DNA from: Rhodobacterales bacterium
GTDB taxonomy: Bacteria; Pseudomonadota; Alphaproteobacteria; Rhodobacterales; CAZPXZ01
Direction: 5' to 3'
Assembly (NCBI GenBank): GCA_965221505.1
Contig: CBDCSI010000002.1
Span: forward strand, 60,341-124,340
Length of the DNA stretch: 64,000 bases
Shown here piece by piece: positions 20,069 through 30,419 of this stretch. The position numbers were made by a program, and so were the translations under genes. The number at the start of each line of letters is the position of its first letter. Within the stretch, counting starts at the first letter, position 1. The notes under the pieces are model-generated. The model did not search any database, was not told the DNA's origin, and worked only from the letters and a program-made list of their open reading frames with translations.

Positions 20069-21055
20069 CTACTCGGCGTCCGGCACGGCCTGAAGCCGCT
20101 CGTAGAGTTCCGTCGAAAACGGCAGGTCGCCCGCGGTAAGGGCGGGCGCGACAGCCGCGATGAAGGGCCCGCGGTCCACTTCGTTGACGTTGACGCCCTG
20201 GTCGCGGAACCAGCCGACGAGTTCGGCCTCGGACGCGACGATCTGCTCGGTCACCCAGTCGGCCGTCTCGTCCAGCACGCCGTGCAGGATCTCGCGGTCC
20301 TCGTCGCTCAGCTGCATGAGGCGGAGCCCCGACACCACCGTGAAGGTCGAGTTGGTGATATGGCCGGTGAGGTTGATGTCGCTCTGCACTTCGTGGAACC
20401 GCTTTGCCTGGATGGTCGGGAGCGGATTCTCCTGCGCGTCGACCACGCCCTGCTGCAGGGCGAGATAGACCTCGGCGAAGGCCATGGGCGTCGGGTTGGC
20501 GCCGACCGCCGCGGGGAAGAGCACGTAGGCGGGCGCGTTGGGGACGCGAATCTTCAGGTCCTCCATGTCCCCGGGCGTCAGGATCGGCTTGTTCGACGTC
20601 ACGTGGCGAGAGCCGTAGTAGCTGACTGCGGCGACGACGTTGCCGCCGGTCGTGTCGGCGTAGCCCTGCGCGACCTCGGCCCAGACGTCGCTGTCGTAGT
20701 AGGCTTCCCAGTGCTTCAGGTTGCGAAGCGTGAAGGGAAAGTCCGTCATGGACGCAGGGCCGTAGATGGAACCCGCAAATCCGGCGCCGGTATAGATGAC
20801 GTCCACCGTCCCGAGCGACAGGGACTCGTTGAGGTCCGCCTCCTTGCCGAGCGAGGACGCCGGGAAGACCTCCATGCTGTGCCGTCCGCCGGTGCGCTCC
20901 TCGAACAACGCGGCCGCGTCCAGCGCCGCCTGGTGCAGCGGGTGCCCGACCTCGTAGACATGCGCGAATCTCAGCGTGTCCGCCCTTGCGTCGTTCCCCC
21001 CCGCCGCGGCCAGCGCCACGACTGCGGCAGCGAGGAACATGTACCTGCAATTCAT
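20069..21055 (-). CDS. dctP: TRAP substrate-binding protein (DctP/SiaP family)
   Basis: Signal peptide, YGSRH, LKIRVP, EVYLALQQGVVDAQENPL. Confidence 0.93.
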   Translation of the reverse strand: MNCRYMFLAAAVVALAAAGGNDARADTLRFAHVYEVGHPLHQAALDAAALFEERTGGRHSMEVFPASSLGKEADLNESLSLGTVDVIYTGAGFAGSIYGPASMTDFPFTLRNLKHWEAYYDSDVWAEVAQGYADTTGGNVVAAVSYYGSRHVTSNKPILTPGDMEDLKIRVPNAPAYVLFPAAVGANPTPMAFAEVYLALQQGVVDAQENPLPTIQAKRFHEVQSDINLTGHITNSTFTVVSGLRLMQLSDEDREILHGVLDETADWVTEQIVASEAELVGWFRDQGVNVNEVDRGPFIAAVAPALTAGDLPFSTELYERLQAVPDAE

Positions 21056-21107
21056 CGTTCTACCTCCTTCTCTCCTCCATGGAGTGGTTCCTGCGTGCGA
21101 GCGCCGT

Positions 21108-22205
21108 TCATGAAACGGCTTCGTGATGCGCCCGCAGCATCGCGAAGTCGAACTCGACCCCGGTTCCCGGCGTGGACGGAGCCACGGCCAGATGGTCCTC
21201 CACCGCCAGCGGGCGGGTCGTGTATTCGTCGATGGGAAAGCTGTGCACCTCGAGCCAACCGGCGTTGGGCTGCGCCGAGACGAGGCTCGCGTGCAACTCC
21301 TGCATCCCGTGGCTGCAGACCGGCATGCCCTGCGCGCGCGCCGCCTTCGCGACCTCGAGCCAAACGGTGACGCCGCCGCAATTCGACGCGTCGGGCTGGA
21401 TGTAGGACAGCCCCGCGTCCCGGAAGGCGCATTCGAACTCGTGCAGCGTACGCAGGTTCTCGCCCATGGCCAGCGGACAGCCGGTCTCGCGCGCAATCTC
21501 GCCATATCCCCGGTAGTCCTCCGGAACGATGGGCTCCTCGAACCAGAGAACGCCGAGTTCCCCAAAGGCGCGCGCCGCTTCCTTGGCACGGTCGATATCG
21601 AGCGCGTAGTTGGCGTCGACCATGAAGGCGACGTCGGGACCGATCAGGTCGCGCACCGCACGGGCCCGTTCGAGATCCTCGTCGAGCCGCTCCTTTCCGA
21701 CCTTGATCTTGACGCCGTCGAACCCGTCGGCCAGATACCCGCGGACGCTCTCCAGGAGACGGGGCAGCGAATAGTTGAGGTCGATGCCGCCCCGGTACGC
21801 CTTGCATCGGTCCGACGCGCCGCCGGCGACCTTCCACAGCGGTTCGTCCCTCCCGCGGCACCGCAGGTCCCACAGGGCGATGTCCAGCGCCGAAATGGCG
21901 AAGGAAGCGATTCCGCCGCGGCCGACGTAATGGATATGCCAGTTCATCGCCGCATTGAGCGATTCGACGCGCCCCGCGTCCCGGCCGAGGAGAAACGGTC
22001 CGAGATCCTGCCGGATCAGCGCGAGGATCGCCTCGCCCCCGATCCCGCCCGTGTAGGTATAGCCCGTCCCGCACAATCCGGAATCGGTCCGGACGCGAAC
22101 CACCACCAGCTCGAAATGCGTGTGGTCGCCGTGCATGGCGTCACGCAACACCTCCTTCAGAGGCAGGCGGAAGTGTTCCGCGTCTATGGAAGCGATTCGG
22201 TTCAT
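21108..22205 (-). CDS. Mandelate racemase/MLE-family enzyme, 3,6-anhydro-L-galactonate cycloisomerase-like
   Basis: [73 protein letters not shown] match my recollection of the Vibrio EJY3-type cycloisomerase. Confidence 0.8.
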   Translation of the reverse strand: MNRIASIDAEHFRLPLKEVLRDAMHGDHTHFELVVVRVRTDSGLCGTGYTYTGGIGGEAILALIRQDLGPFLLGRDAGRVESLNAAMNWHIHYVGRGGIASFAISALDIALWDLRCRGRDEPLWKVAGGASDRCKAYRGGIDLNYSLPRLLESVRGYLADGFDGVKIKVGKERLDEDLERARAVRDLIGPDVAFMVDANYALDIDRAKEAARAFGELGVLWFEEPIVPEDYRGYGEIARETGCPLAMGENLRTLHEFECAFRDAGLSYIQPDASNCGGVTVWLEVAKAARAQGMPVCSHGMQELHASLVSAQPNAGWLEVHSFPIDEYTTRPLAVEDHLAVAPSTPGTGVEFDFAMLRAHHEAVS

Positions 22206-22223
22206 ATGATTCTCCGCGCGGTT

Positions 22224-22234
22224 TTGTATAACAA
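22224..22234. promoter_or_regulatory. Putative GntR/FadR-family operator
   Basis: TTGTATAACAA palindrome about 20 nt upstream of the cycloisomerase start. Confidence 0.55.
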
Positions 22235-22719
22235 CTCGATGTGCGTTGTCAAGCTACGAATCGGTAACGCAACACTACTCGTACCGGTTCCCGTTCATGT
22301 CCCGCCATCGGGAACGGCAAGATTCGCTGCGCTCCGTTCGTCGTGCTCCACGGGCTCGCGTGGAAGACTGGGCGGAATGCCTGGAGACGTAGAATCGAGT
22401 CGGCGGCCTCCCGAGAACCCCTTCCGGCACAGGCCGGCCGTCCCGCAAGCGATCGTTTCGGCGCAAGCCGCACGGGCGCACCCTTCACGATACCGTCCGA
22501 GTCGGCAGTCTCCGGCGTGACGCCTTCCGTGACCCATGGGCGCCTGCGCGGGCCGTGCCCGGAACGAAGCCTGGGCCCTGGCGGGCGGCAAGCGGTGGAT
22601 TCCCGTCCCGCATGCCGCAACGCCGTACCGACCGGGCCGCCGGCAGACGTTCGGGACGGCTCGAATTCGGCTCTCGTAGTCTATAGAATGCGTTCGGTGC
22701 ACCGATGTTCCATGGACTA

Positions 22720-22731
22720 TTGTCATACCAA
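22720..22731. promoter_or_regulatory. Second putative GntR/FadR-family operator
   Basis: TTGTCATACCAA (reverse TTGGTATGACAA), FadR-like TGGT-N3-ACxA, in an AT-rich patch. Confidence 0.45.
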
Positions 22732-23106
22732 ACGAGAGCCAGACGTGAGCCCATTGGCATTCGCAGCGTCCGTCCGGTCCGCAAACCGCGGGCGGTCGGG
22801 CGACCCGGAAGCGCGTCCCGTCTCGCGACGGGAGGCGGTCCGTTCGGCGAGGTCTGCAACGGCAGGGAGACCCCCCGACATCCAGTCGCCCCGGAACCGT
22901 CGACCGGTCAGCGGGCCGCCGTTGGTCTTCCGCCTGCCGCATCCGGGCGAGCGGCGCTCCGGGGACCGGTGGCGCCCGCCGAATCGCTTGCCGCAGCCAG
23001 CATCGTGCAGGCACGCGACCCAGACGCCGGCGTCGCCCGGCTCCCGTCGCAGGCGTCCGCGACGGATTGCGGGTTGCAACGGTCCGCTGTAGGGGAATAG
23101 CATGGC

Positions 23107-23856
23107 ATGAGCGCAAAGCCGGACCCGGAGACCATGAGCCCGATTGACGAAGACGTACTGGATCGCAGCGTTCGGGCGACGGACCGGGTCGTCGCGGCGC
23201 TCGAGGACCGGATCTATTCGGGCGAACTGAAGTTCGGACAGGCGCTACCCGCCGAGCGGGAGATCATCGACGAGTTTTCGGTAAGCCGCACGGTCGCGCG
23301 CGAGGCGATCATGTTCCTCGGCGGGCGCGGACTCGTGGAAACCCGCCCGAGGCACCGGCCGGTCGTGCGCAAGCCGGACTACGACGCCGTGCTCGGCATG
23401 CTCGGCGGCCTGGTGAAGCATCTTCTGGCCCAGCCCGGCGGGGTACGGCAAGTCTTCGACATCCGGATATTCACCGAGGCGGGGCTGGTCCGCGTGGCCG
23501 CCGAGGAGGCGCGCAAGGACGACATTCGTCGCCTGCGCGAGGCGCTGGCGCAAAACGAATCCCGTATCCGGGACTCGGACGCGTTCTACGACACGGACAT
23601 GGCGTTCCACGCCGTTCTCTACACCATCCCCGGCAACCCGATCTTTCCCGCCGTTCACCGGTCCTTCTGCGACTGGCTGGACTGGCACTGGCGGCAGATG
23701 CCGCGCCTGCCCGAGCGGAATCGGAGGAACTACCTCGCCCACAAGGCGATTCTGGAGAGAATTCTGGACCGCGACCCGGAGGCCGCGGAGGCCGCCTTGC
23801 GGTCGCATCTCGACGACGCCTGGCGGCAGGTCGAGGATACCTTCGACAACCTCTGA
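23107..23856 (+). CDS. GntR/FadR-family transcriptional regulator (FCD domain)
   Basis: LPAEREIIDEFSVSRTVAREA HTH; DMAFH and HKAILERI FCD motifs. Confidence 0.93.
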   Translation: MSAKPDPETMSPIDEDVLDRSVRATDRVVAALEDRIYSGELKFGQALPAEREIIDEFSVSRTVAREAIMFLGGRGLVETRPRHRPVVRKPDYDAVLGMLGGLVKHLLAQPGGVRQVFDIRIFTEAGLVRVAAEEARKDDIRRLREALAQNESRIRDSDAFYDTDMAFHAVLYTIPGNPIFPAVHRSFCDWLDWHWRQMPRLPERNRRNYLAHKAILERILDRDPEAAEAALRSHLDDAWRQVEDTFDNL

Positions 23857-23913
23857 ACAGAGCGCGACAGTCCACGACGTGCCGGCGCAAACGCCGGGGC
23901 GACGGGGCTCCGA

Positions 23914-25101
23914 TCAGTCGGGGGCGATTATTCCCCGCAGTCTTTCGGATCGCCGCCGCAGGAGTTCCACCGCGATCAGGAGCGCGATCGATAGCATGAC
24001 CAGTACGGTCGCCACGGCGAGGATCGTCGGGCTGATCTGCTCGCGCAGCCCCGTGAACATCTGCCAGGGCAGCGTCTGCTGCGCGGCGGAGCCGACGAAG
24101 ATCACGATCACCACCTCGTCGAAGGACGTGATGAAGGCGAACAACCCGCCGGAAATCACGCCGGGCAAGATCAGCGGCATCTGAACCTTGAAAAACGTTC
24201 GCACCGGCCCCGCGCCCAAACTGGCCGCGGCCCGCGTCAACGACCGGTCGAAGCCGACCAGGGTCGCGGTCACGGTGATGATGACGAAGGGGATCCCCAG
24301 CGCGGCATGCGCCAGGACCACGCCCAGATAGGTGCCCTGAAGGCCGACGCGCGAATAGAAGAAATACATGCCTGCGGCCGAGATGATCAGCGGAACGATC
24401 ATCGGGGAGATCAGAATCGCCATGATCGAACGCCGGAACGGGACGTGGCTGTCGCTTAGCCCGATCGCCGCGAGCGTTCCGAGCGTGACCGACACCAGCG
24501 TCGCCGCCGGCGCGATCCGGAGGGAATTCCTGAGCGGCTGCTGCCAGTCTGGATTGGTGAAGAAATCCCGGTAATGCTTCAACGAGAACCCCTCGAGCTC
24601 CAGCGCCAGCATCGCCGGGGTGAAGGTGAAGAAATCCTCGGCGTTGAAGCTTAGCGGCATGATCACGACGATGGGTGCAATCAGGAAGAAGAAGACGATG
24701 CCGCAGATCAGGTTGAGGGAATTGTGCCAGAGAACCTGCAGCCCCGTCGCGTAGACGGGTACGCCTTGCCGGTAGCGGCCGGTGGAGAGATAGAAGACGA
24801 ACCAGCCGGCGACGAGGCCGAGCGCCAGGCCGCCGGCGAGTCCTGGCACGTCCGCCGCCGCGAGCCCCGCCGCGCCCAGAACCCCGGCCGCCGCGACCCG
24901 TCCGAGCGCGAGCGAGGGCGACAGCACCGGCAGCGCCCAACCGAGCGCTGCCCCGACCGCCCCGCCGGCGAACAGCCCGGCGAACCAGGCGCCGCCGGCG
25001 ACACCGAGCCACAGTCCCGCCGCCGCTCCCGCCAGCGCCGACAGCGGAACGACGAAACGGAAGAGGTCCGTACGGGACGAGAGCAGCGCCGGATTCTTCA
25101 T
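23914..25101 (-). CDS. Polyamine-type ABC transporter permease (PotC-like)
   Basis: ISPMIVPLII, AAASLGA, FITSFDEVV; N-terminal hydrophobic extension. Confidence 0.9.
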   Translation of the reverse strand: MKNPALLSSRTDLFRFVVPLSALAGAAAGLWLGVAGGAWFAGLFAGGAVGAALGWALPVLSPSLALGRVAAAGVLGAAGLAAADVPGLAGGLALGLVAGWFVFYLSTGRYRQGVPVYATGLQVLWHNSLNLICGIVFFFLIAPIVVIMPLSFNAEDFFTFTPAMLALELEGFSLKHYRDFFTNPDWQQPLRNSLRIAPAATLVSVTLGTLAAIGLSDSHVPFRRSIMAILISPMIVPLIISAAGMYFFYSRVGLQGTYLGVVLAHAALGIPFVIITVTATLVGFDRSLTRAAASLGAGPVRTFFKVQMPLILPGVISGGLFAFITSFDEVVIVIFVGSAAQQTLPWQMFTGLREQISPTILAVATVLVMLSIALLIAVELLRRRSERLRGIIAPD

Positions 25102-25106
25102 CGAGC

Positions 25107-26693
25107 CTATCCGAGCTTCACGTTGTCGATGCCGACCACGCGGTCGTAGACCCAGTAAAGCGCCAGGACGGCGGCGAGCAGGATCGTGCCCAGCGCGGCC
25201 GCCAGGCCCCAATTGAGCGAACTCGAAATGTGATACGCGATCCGGTTGGAGATGAAGGTGCCGGTGCGGCCGCCGACCAGTTCGGGCGTGATGTAGTAGC
25301 CGATCGCGAGAATGAACACCAGGATGCAGCCGGCGCCGATCCCCGGCACGCTGAGCGGAAAATACACGCGCCAGAACGCGGTCCAGTTCGTCGCACCGAG
25401 ACTCTTCGCGGCGCGCTCGTAGGCCGGCGGAATGGTCTTCATCACGGAATAGAGCGGCAGGATCATGAAGGGCAGCAGAATGTGGGTCATCGCCACGATC
25501 GTACCGAACTGGTTGTTGATCATGACGAAGCGAGCGTCGTCCGCCACGATGCCGGTCCACACTAGAAGGTCGTTGATCACGCCTTGCTGTTGCAGAAGCA
25601 CCTTCCAGGCCGAGGTACGGACCAGGAGCGACGTCCAGAACGGGAGCAGCACCAGAATCAGCAGCAGGTTCGACGTACGGAGCGGAAGGGAGGCCAGGAG
25701 CCAGGCGACGGGATAGCCGAGAAGCAGGCAGGCAACCGTGATCGCCAGGCTCATGAACAGCGTGCGCAGGAACAGCGTGACGTAGAGCCGTTCGTTCTCG
25801 GGGCGCGCCCGAACCCCGTCCGGGGTCTGTTGCAGATCGACGGCGGATAGAAAATACCCTTCCGTATACGGCGCAGAAAACGCCTGGATCGCGCCCCAGA
25901 CCTCGACGTCGGACCAGTCTTCGTCGATGTCGACGAATTGGTCTCGAACTGACACGGACTCGAAGCCGGGAACCGCGACGGCGGCCTGCCGGAGCAATTC
26001 CGCCCCCGGCCCGGCATAGCCGCCCGGGTCTGCCCCCTCCCCGAATAGATCGCGGTAAAGCGCCGTGTAAACGAAGTCGTCCGGCGCGCCGGCCCCAGGT
26101 TCCTTGCCCTTCGACTCGGACATTCGGCCCCAACTCCGCCAGGCGGAGACGGCTTCGGGGAGGATCCGCATCGCATCCGGCGCGGAGAAAATCTTGTCGA
26201 GCGTCTCGCCGTCCTCCCACGCGGGGTCGAGTTCGGCGAATTGATCGCGATATACGTCCGTGTCCAGTCGCCGGATTCCACGCCCCGTCTTGCGGAAGAG
26301 CGAAGAGGTGCCGGACAGTTCGTAGTTCAGCCTGGATCCGAGGCGGGTGTGAACCTTAAACTCGCGCGCTTCGGCCAGATCGACGTACAAAGCGGCGAAA
26401 ACGTCCTCCTCCGGAACCTCGCCGGACGCGTATTCCCAATCCGCCAGCGCCTCAACGGTCCGCGGAAGCACGCGGCCGACCAGATCGTTCTCCACCGAAC
26501 GGAACAGCATGTCCGCGATCGGACCGACGAAGCTCACCAGGATGAAACAGAGGAGCGGCAGGATCAGCATGAGCGCCCGCAGCCGCTGGCGGCGGAGCGC
26601 ACGGCGCAAGCTCCTCTTAAGCGGCGTTCCGTCAGCCGCCAGCATCGGGCCCGTCGCGGGGCTCTCGCCGGTCCCGATCCCGGATTCAGCCAC
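25107..26693 (-). CDS. Polyamine-type ABC transporter permease (PotB-like, large periplasmic insert)
   Basis: LLPFWTSLLVR, HILLPFMILPLY, GYYITPELVGG. Confidence 0.9.
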   Translation of the reverse strand: MAESGIGTGESPATGPMLAADGTPLKRSLRRALRRQRLRALMLILPLLCFILVSFVGPIADMLFRSVENDLVGRVLPRTVEALADWEYASGEVPEEDVFAALYVDLAEAREFKVHTRLGSRLNYELSGTSSLFRKTGRGIRRLDTDVYRDQFAELDPAWEDGETLDKIFSAPDAMRILPEAVSAWRSWGRMSESKGKEPGAGAPDDFVYTALYRDLFGEGADPGGYAGPGAELLRQAAVAVPGFESVSVRDQFVDIDEDWSDVEVWGAIQAFSAPYTEGYFLSAVDLQQTPDGVRARPENERLYVTLFLRTLFMSLAITVACLLLGYPVAWLLASLPLRTSNLLLILVLLPFWTSLLVRTSAWKVLLQQQGVINDLLVWTGIVADDARFVMINNQFGTIVAMTHILLPFMILPLYSVMKTIPPAYERAAKSLGATNWTAFWRVYFPLSVPGIGAGCILVFILAIGYYITPELVGGRTGTFISNRIAYHISSSLNWGLAAALGTILLAAVLALYWVYDRVVGIDNVKLG

Positions 26694-26758
26694 GCTTCCC
26701 GCCTCCGAAGCGGGCGTTCCGGGGCGCGAGACGCGATCGCCCGCTCCCCATGAACGGC

Positions 26759-26788
26759 GGGGCGGACCGCGACAACCCGGTCCGCCCC
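26759..26788 (-). promoter_or_regulatory. Stem-loop after the ABC binding-protein gene
   Basis: GGGGCGGACCG-N8-CGGTCCGCCCC perfect 11-bp inverted repeat. Confidence 0.6.
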
Positions 26789-26804
26789 CGGTTGGTCAAT
26801 TTGA

Positions 26805-27917
26805 CTATTGCGCAAGCCACGCCTGGAACTTCGCGTCGATATCGTCCCGATAATCGGCCCACCACTCGTAGTTGTAGAGGAACGTGTTCTTGGCGTTCTC
26901 GGGATCCGTCGGCATGTGGGGCGCCATGTCAATGCCCAGCGTGGCGTGCTTGCCGACGAGGGGCGCGGACGACATGCGCGCCGGCCCGTACGAGATATAC
27001 TTGGCTTGGTCGGCCAGACGCTGCGTGTCGGTCGCGAATACGAGGAAGTCCCTCGCCCGCGCCAGACGGTCCTCCGAGAGGCCGACCGGAATGATCCAGC
27101 CGTCGAGATCGAACACCTGGGCGTCCCAGATCATGCCGACCGGCTGCCCCTGTTCCTCGATGACCGAGAACAGTCGTCCGTTGTAGGTCGAACCGATGAC
27201 GACTTCGCCGTCGGCCAGGAGCTGCGGCGTGTCGGCGCCCGACGACCACCAGATCACGTCGTCCTTGATGGTGTCGAGCTTGGCGAGCGCCTGCGCGAGG
27301 CCCTCGTCGGTCTCCAGCACGTCGTAGACATCCTCCTTGGCGACGCCGTCGCAAAGGAGCGCCCATTCGAGATTGTTGATCGGCCGCTTCTCGAGGCTGC
27401 GCTTGCCAGGATAGGTTTCCAGGTCGAACAGCGCGCACACGTCCGTCGGTGGGGTGTCGCCGACCAAGTCCGTCCGGTATCCCAGGGTCGTCGAGTAGAC
27501 GATCTGCGGGATGAAGCACTCGGAGACGATCAGGTCGCCGAAATCCTCGGACGCCGGCGTGCCGTCCGGCGCAGGGGCGAGCATCGCGTCATGGTCGATT
27601 TCCAGCGCAAGCCCTTCGTCGCACAGGCGAATGGCGTCGGACGCGACCACGTCCACCACGTCCCAGGTCACGTTGCCGGCCTCGTCCATGGCGCGAAGAC
27701 GGGCGACGGCTTCGTACGAACTCTCGTCCCAGACCACTTCCAGCTCCGGGTGCATGGCCTTGTAGGGTTCGGCATAGGCGTTGGTCTGGCTGGCCTGATA
27801 GGCGCCGCCCCAAGACACCAGGGTCATGCTGTTGGCCATCTCCTGGGCCTGGGCCGATGCGGTCGCTGCCGCGACGCCTCCCAGGATCAGGCCTGCGTGG
27901 ATCAATCGTGCTTTCAT
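26805..27917 (-). CDS. Polyamine-type ABC substrate-binding protein (PotD/PotF-like)
   Basis: Signal peptide, VSWGGAYQ, WDVVDV, YNGR, ISYGP. Confidence 0.9.
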   Translation of the reverse strand: MKARLIHAGLILGGVAAATASAQAQEMANSMTLVSWGGAYQASQTNAYAEPYKAMHPELEVVWDESSYEAVARLRAMDEAGNVTWDVVDVVASDAIRLCDEGLALEIDHDAMLAPAPDGTPASEDFGDLIVSECFIPQIVYSTTLGYRTDLVGDTPPTDVCALFDLETYPGKRSLEKRPINNLEWALLCDGVAKEDVYDVLETDEGLAQALAKLDTIKDDVIWWSSGADTPQLLADGEVVIGSTYNGRLFSVIEEQGQPVGMIWDAQVFDLDGWIIPVGLSEDRLARARDFLVFATDTQRLADQAKYISYGPARMSSAPLVGKHATLGIDMAPHMPTDPENAKNTFLYNYEWWADYRDDIDAKFQAWLAQ

Positions 27918-27988
27918 GTCGATTCCCTCTTGCGATTGCCCGTTCGGTTGCATGCGGGGATGGGCAGATCCCGCAAACGATTCCGCAG

Positions 27989-29089
27989 TCAGGCGTCCAG
28001 CGCGCGACAATCCTCGGGCAGCCAGCCGATATCGACTACCTGCCCGGGCCGCATTCGGATCTGGTCCGCCGCGTTGCGGGTCTTGAGAATGAAGTCGTCG
28101 CTGCCGGCGACCCGGAGCCTCGTGCGGTACGTGTCTCCCATGTAAATGAACTCCAGCACCGTGGCCTTGATAGTATGCGCCGAGTCTCCGAGACGTTCGG
28201 GGTTGGCCTCCACGCGCTCGGGGCGAATGGACACGCTGGTGCGGGCGCCGACGCCGGACACGTTCACCGGGACGGTCCGGATGCGCTCCCCGCTGTCGAG
28301 TTCGACTACCGCGACCCCGTCGCTGATATCCCTGACCGTGCCGTCCAGGATGTTGTTCTCGCCGATGAACTGGGCGACGAAGCTGTTCTGCGGCTTCTCG
28401 TAGAGTTCGGCCGGAGGCGCGAGCTGCTGGATCACCCCGTCGTCGAAGACCGCGACGCGGTCCGACATGGTCAGCGCTTCGGTCTGGTCGTGGGTCACGT
28501 ACAGGGTCGTGATGCCGAGGTCGTGCACGAGTCGCGTGATCTCGAACTGCAACGATTCGCGCAGCTGCTTGTCGAGAGCCCCAAGCGGCTCGTCCATGAG
28601 CACGAGGTCGGGCTCGAACACCAGCGCGCGGGCGAGCGCGATCCGCTGCTGCTGCCCGCCGGACAGCTGGGCCGGGCGGCGCCCGCCAAATTCGCCCATC
28701 TGGACCATGTCGAGCGCGCGACGGATCTTCGACTCCCGGTCCGCCTGGCCCAATCCGCGGACCTGCAGCGGAAAGGCGAGATTCTCCGCCACTGTCATGT
28801 GCGGAAACAGGGCGTAATTCTGGAACACCATTCCGATGCCGCGCTTGTGCGGCGGAATGTTGTTGATCGGCTTTCCGTCCAGGCGAATTTCGCCGTGCGT
28901 CGCGGTCTCGAAACCGGCCAGCATGAGCAGACAGGTCGTCTTCCCGGAACCCGACGGGCCGAGAAGGGTGAGGAATTCGCCCTTTCCGATCGAGAGGTTG
29001 AGATCCTTCACGCACAGCGTTTCGCCGTCGTAGCTCTTCTGGACCCTATCGAAGACGACAAAGCCGTCCCCGTCGCGCAGTTCTGCCAC
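27989..29089 (-). CDS. Polyamine-type ABC ATP-binding protein (PotA-like)
   Basis: GPSGSGKT, LSGGQQQR, LMDEPLGALD; GTG start after GGAG. Confidence 0.93.
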   Translation of the reverse strand: MAELRDGDGFVVFDRVQKSYDGETLCVKDLNLSIGKGEFLTLLGPSGSGKTTCLLMLAGFETATHGEIRLDGKPINNIPPHKRGIGMVFQNYALFPHMTVAENLAFPLQVRGLGQADRESKIRRALDMVQMGEFGGRRPAQLSGGQQQRIALARALVFEPDLVLMDEPLGALDKQLRESLQFEITRLVHDLGITTLYVTHDQTEALTMSDRVAVFDDGVIQQLAPPAELYEKPQNSFVAQFIGENNILDGTVRDISDGVAVVELDSGERIRTVPVNVSGVGARTSVSIRPERVEANPERLGDSAHTIKATVLEFIYMGDTYRTRLRVAGSDDFILKTRNAADQIRMRPGQVVDIGWLPEDCRALDA

Positions 29090-29233
29090 ACCGGCTCCCG
29101 TCAGAATTCCCGCGCCGCCCACGCCGGCCGGCGGGGCGGGGTCGGGGTTATTGTTACTACGGTACCGGCTCGTTTTCAAACGCGGAGCCGAAACCGCGAC
29201 CGCGAACCGCAGGGCCATCGAGAGGAAACGCTC

Positions 29234-30073
29234 ATGTCCGCTTCCCGTCCGTCCCCGCCGGCTGGCCGGCGGGTGCAGGCCGTCGTCCTCGACTGGAGCG
29301 GCACCACGGTCGACGCCTACGTCGTCGCGCCGACGGTCACGTTCGTGGAGGTCTTTCGCCGCCGGGGCGTGGAGATCTCCATGGAGGAGGCGCGGGGTCC
29401 GATGGGACTCCGCAAGGATCTGCACATCCAGGCGCTGACGGAGACGCCGGCGATCGCGCGGCGCTGGGAATCGACGCTGGGCGCGCCGCCGACCGATGCG
29501 GACGTGGCGGCCATGTTCGCGGAATTCGTACCGCTGCAGCTCGCGTGCCTGCGCGACTACGCGACCCTGCTGCCGGGCGTCGCGGACGTCGTTCGGCGAC
29601 TGCAGGCGCGCGGCGTCAAGATCGGATCGACCACGGGCTTTACCCGCGCCATGGCGGACGTCCTCGAGGAAGAGGCTGCGAAGCAGGGATACCGGCCGGA
29701 CGCATCGGTGGCGGGAGACGAGGTGATCCACGGCGCCCGCCCGGCGCCGCACATGCTGTACCGCAACCTCGATCTCCTGGGCGTGAGCGACATCCGGACG
29801 GTGGTAAAGGTCGACGATACCGCTTCCGGAATCGGCGAGGCCCAGAACGGCGGCTGTTGGGGCGTCGGCGTGGCCCGGTTCTCGAATTACATGAACGTCG
29901 ATACGCCGGAACAGGGTTCGTCCATGCCCCAGGCGGAGACGGAGCGCCGCCTGGCCCGCTCGCGCAGCACTCTCCGGGAAGCCGGCGCCCATTACGTGAT
30001 CGACAGTCTCGCAGAAATCGAACCGGTCATCGACGACATCGACGCGCGGCTCGAGCGAGGCGAGCGACCGTAA
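29234..30073 (+). CDS. phnX: Phosphonoacetaldehyde hydrolase (phosphonatase)
   Basis: HAD DWSGT, PMGLRKDLHI with Schiff-base Lys, RPAPHM, KVDDT. Confidence 0.88.
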   Translation: MSASRPSPPAGRRVQAVVLDWSGTTVDAYVVAPTVTFVEVFRRRGVEISMEEARGPMGLRKDLHIQALTETPAIARRWESTLGAPPTDADVAAMFAEFVPLQLACLRDYATLLPGVADVVRRLQARGVKIGSTTGFTRAMADVLEEEAAKQGYRPDASVAGDEVIHGARPAPHMLYRNLDLLGVSDIRTVVKVDDTASGIGEAQNGGCWGVGVARFSNYMNVDTPEQGSSMPQAETERRLARSRSTLREAGAHYVIDSLAEIEPVIDDIDARLERGERP

Positions 30074-30419
30074 CGCGGAAGCGCCCGGCGCGGCGTCCCC
30101 GGGGCAATGGGGCCGTCCGACGAACTCCGGCCCGCACGGGATAGCGGCAGACTCTCGGTGCTTCCAAGGACCGCTGAGCGTTGCGAAGCGGCCGAACGCC
30201 AATACCGGCAGTTGCGCGACACGGTCGGCGAGGAGCACGTCGAACCCGTGCGACGTCCCCGAACCGTCGAAACGCGGAAACCCGACGGTACGCCCGGCCT
30301 TCTGCCCTGTCCCTCGCCTGCGCGATCGGTCTCCGAACCGCCGAAAGGCCGTCCGCTACCGATTCCTCACGCCCCGCTTCGGAACGGCGGCGCCCATGCG
30401 GGGCGAACGGAATACGCTC

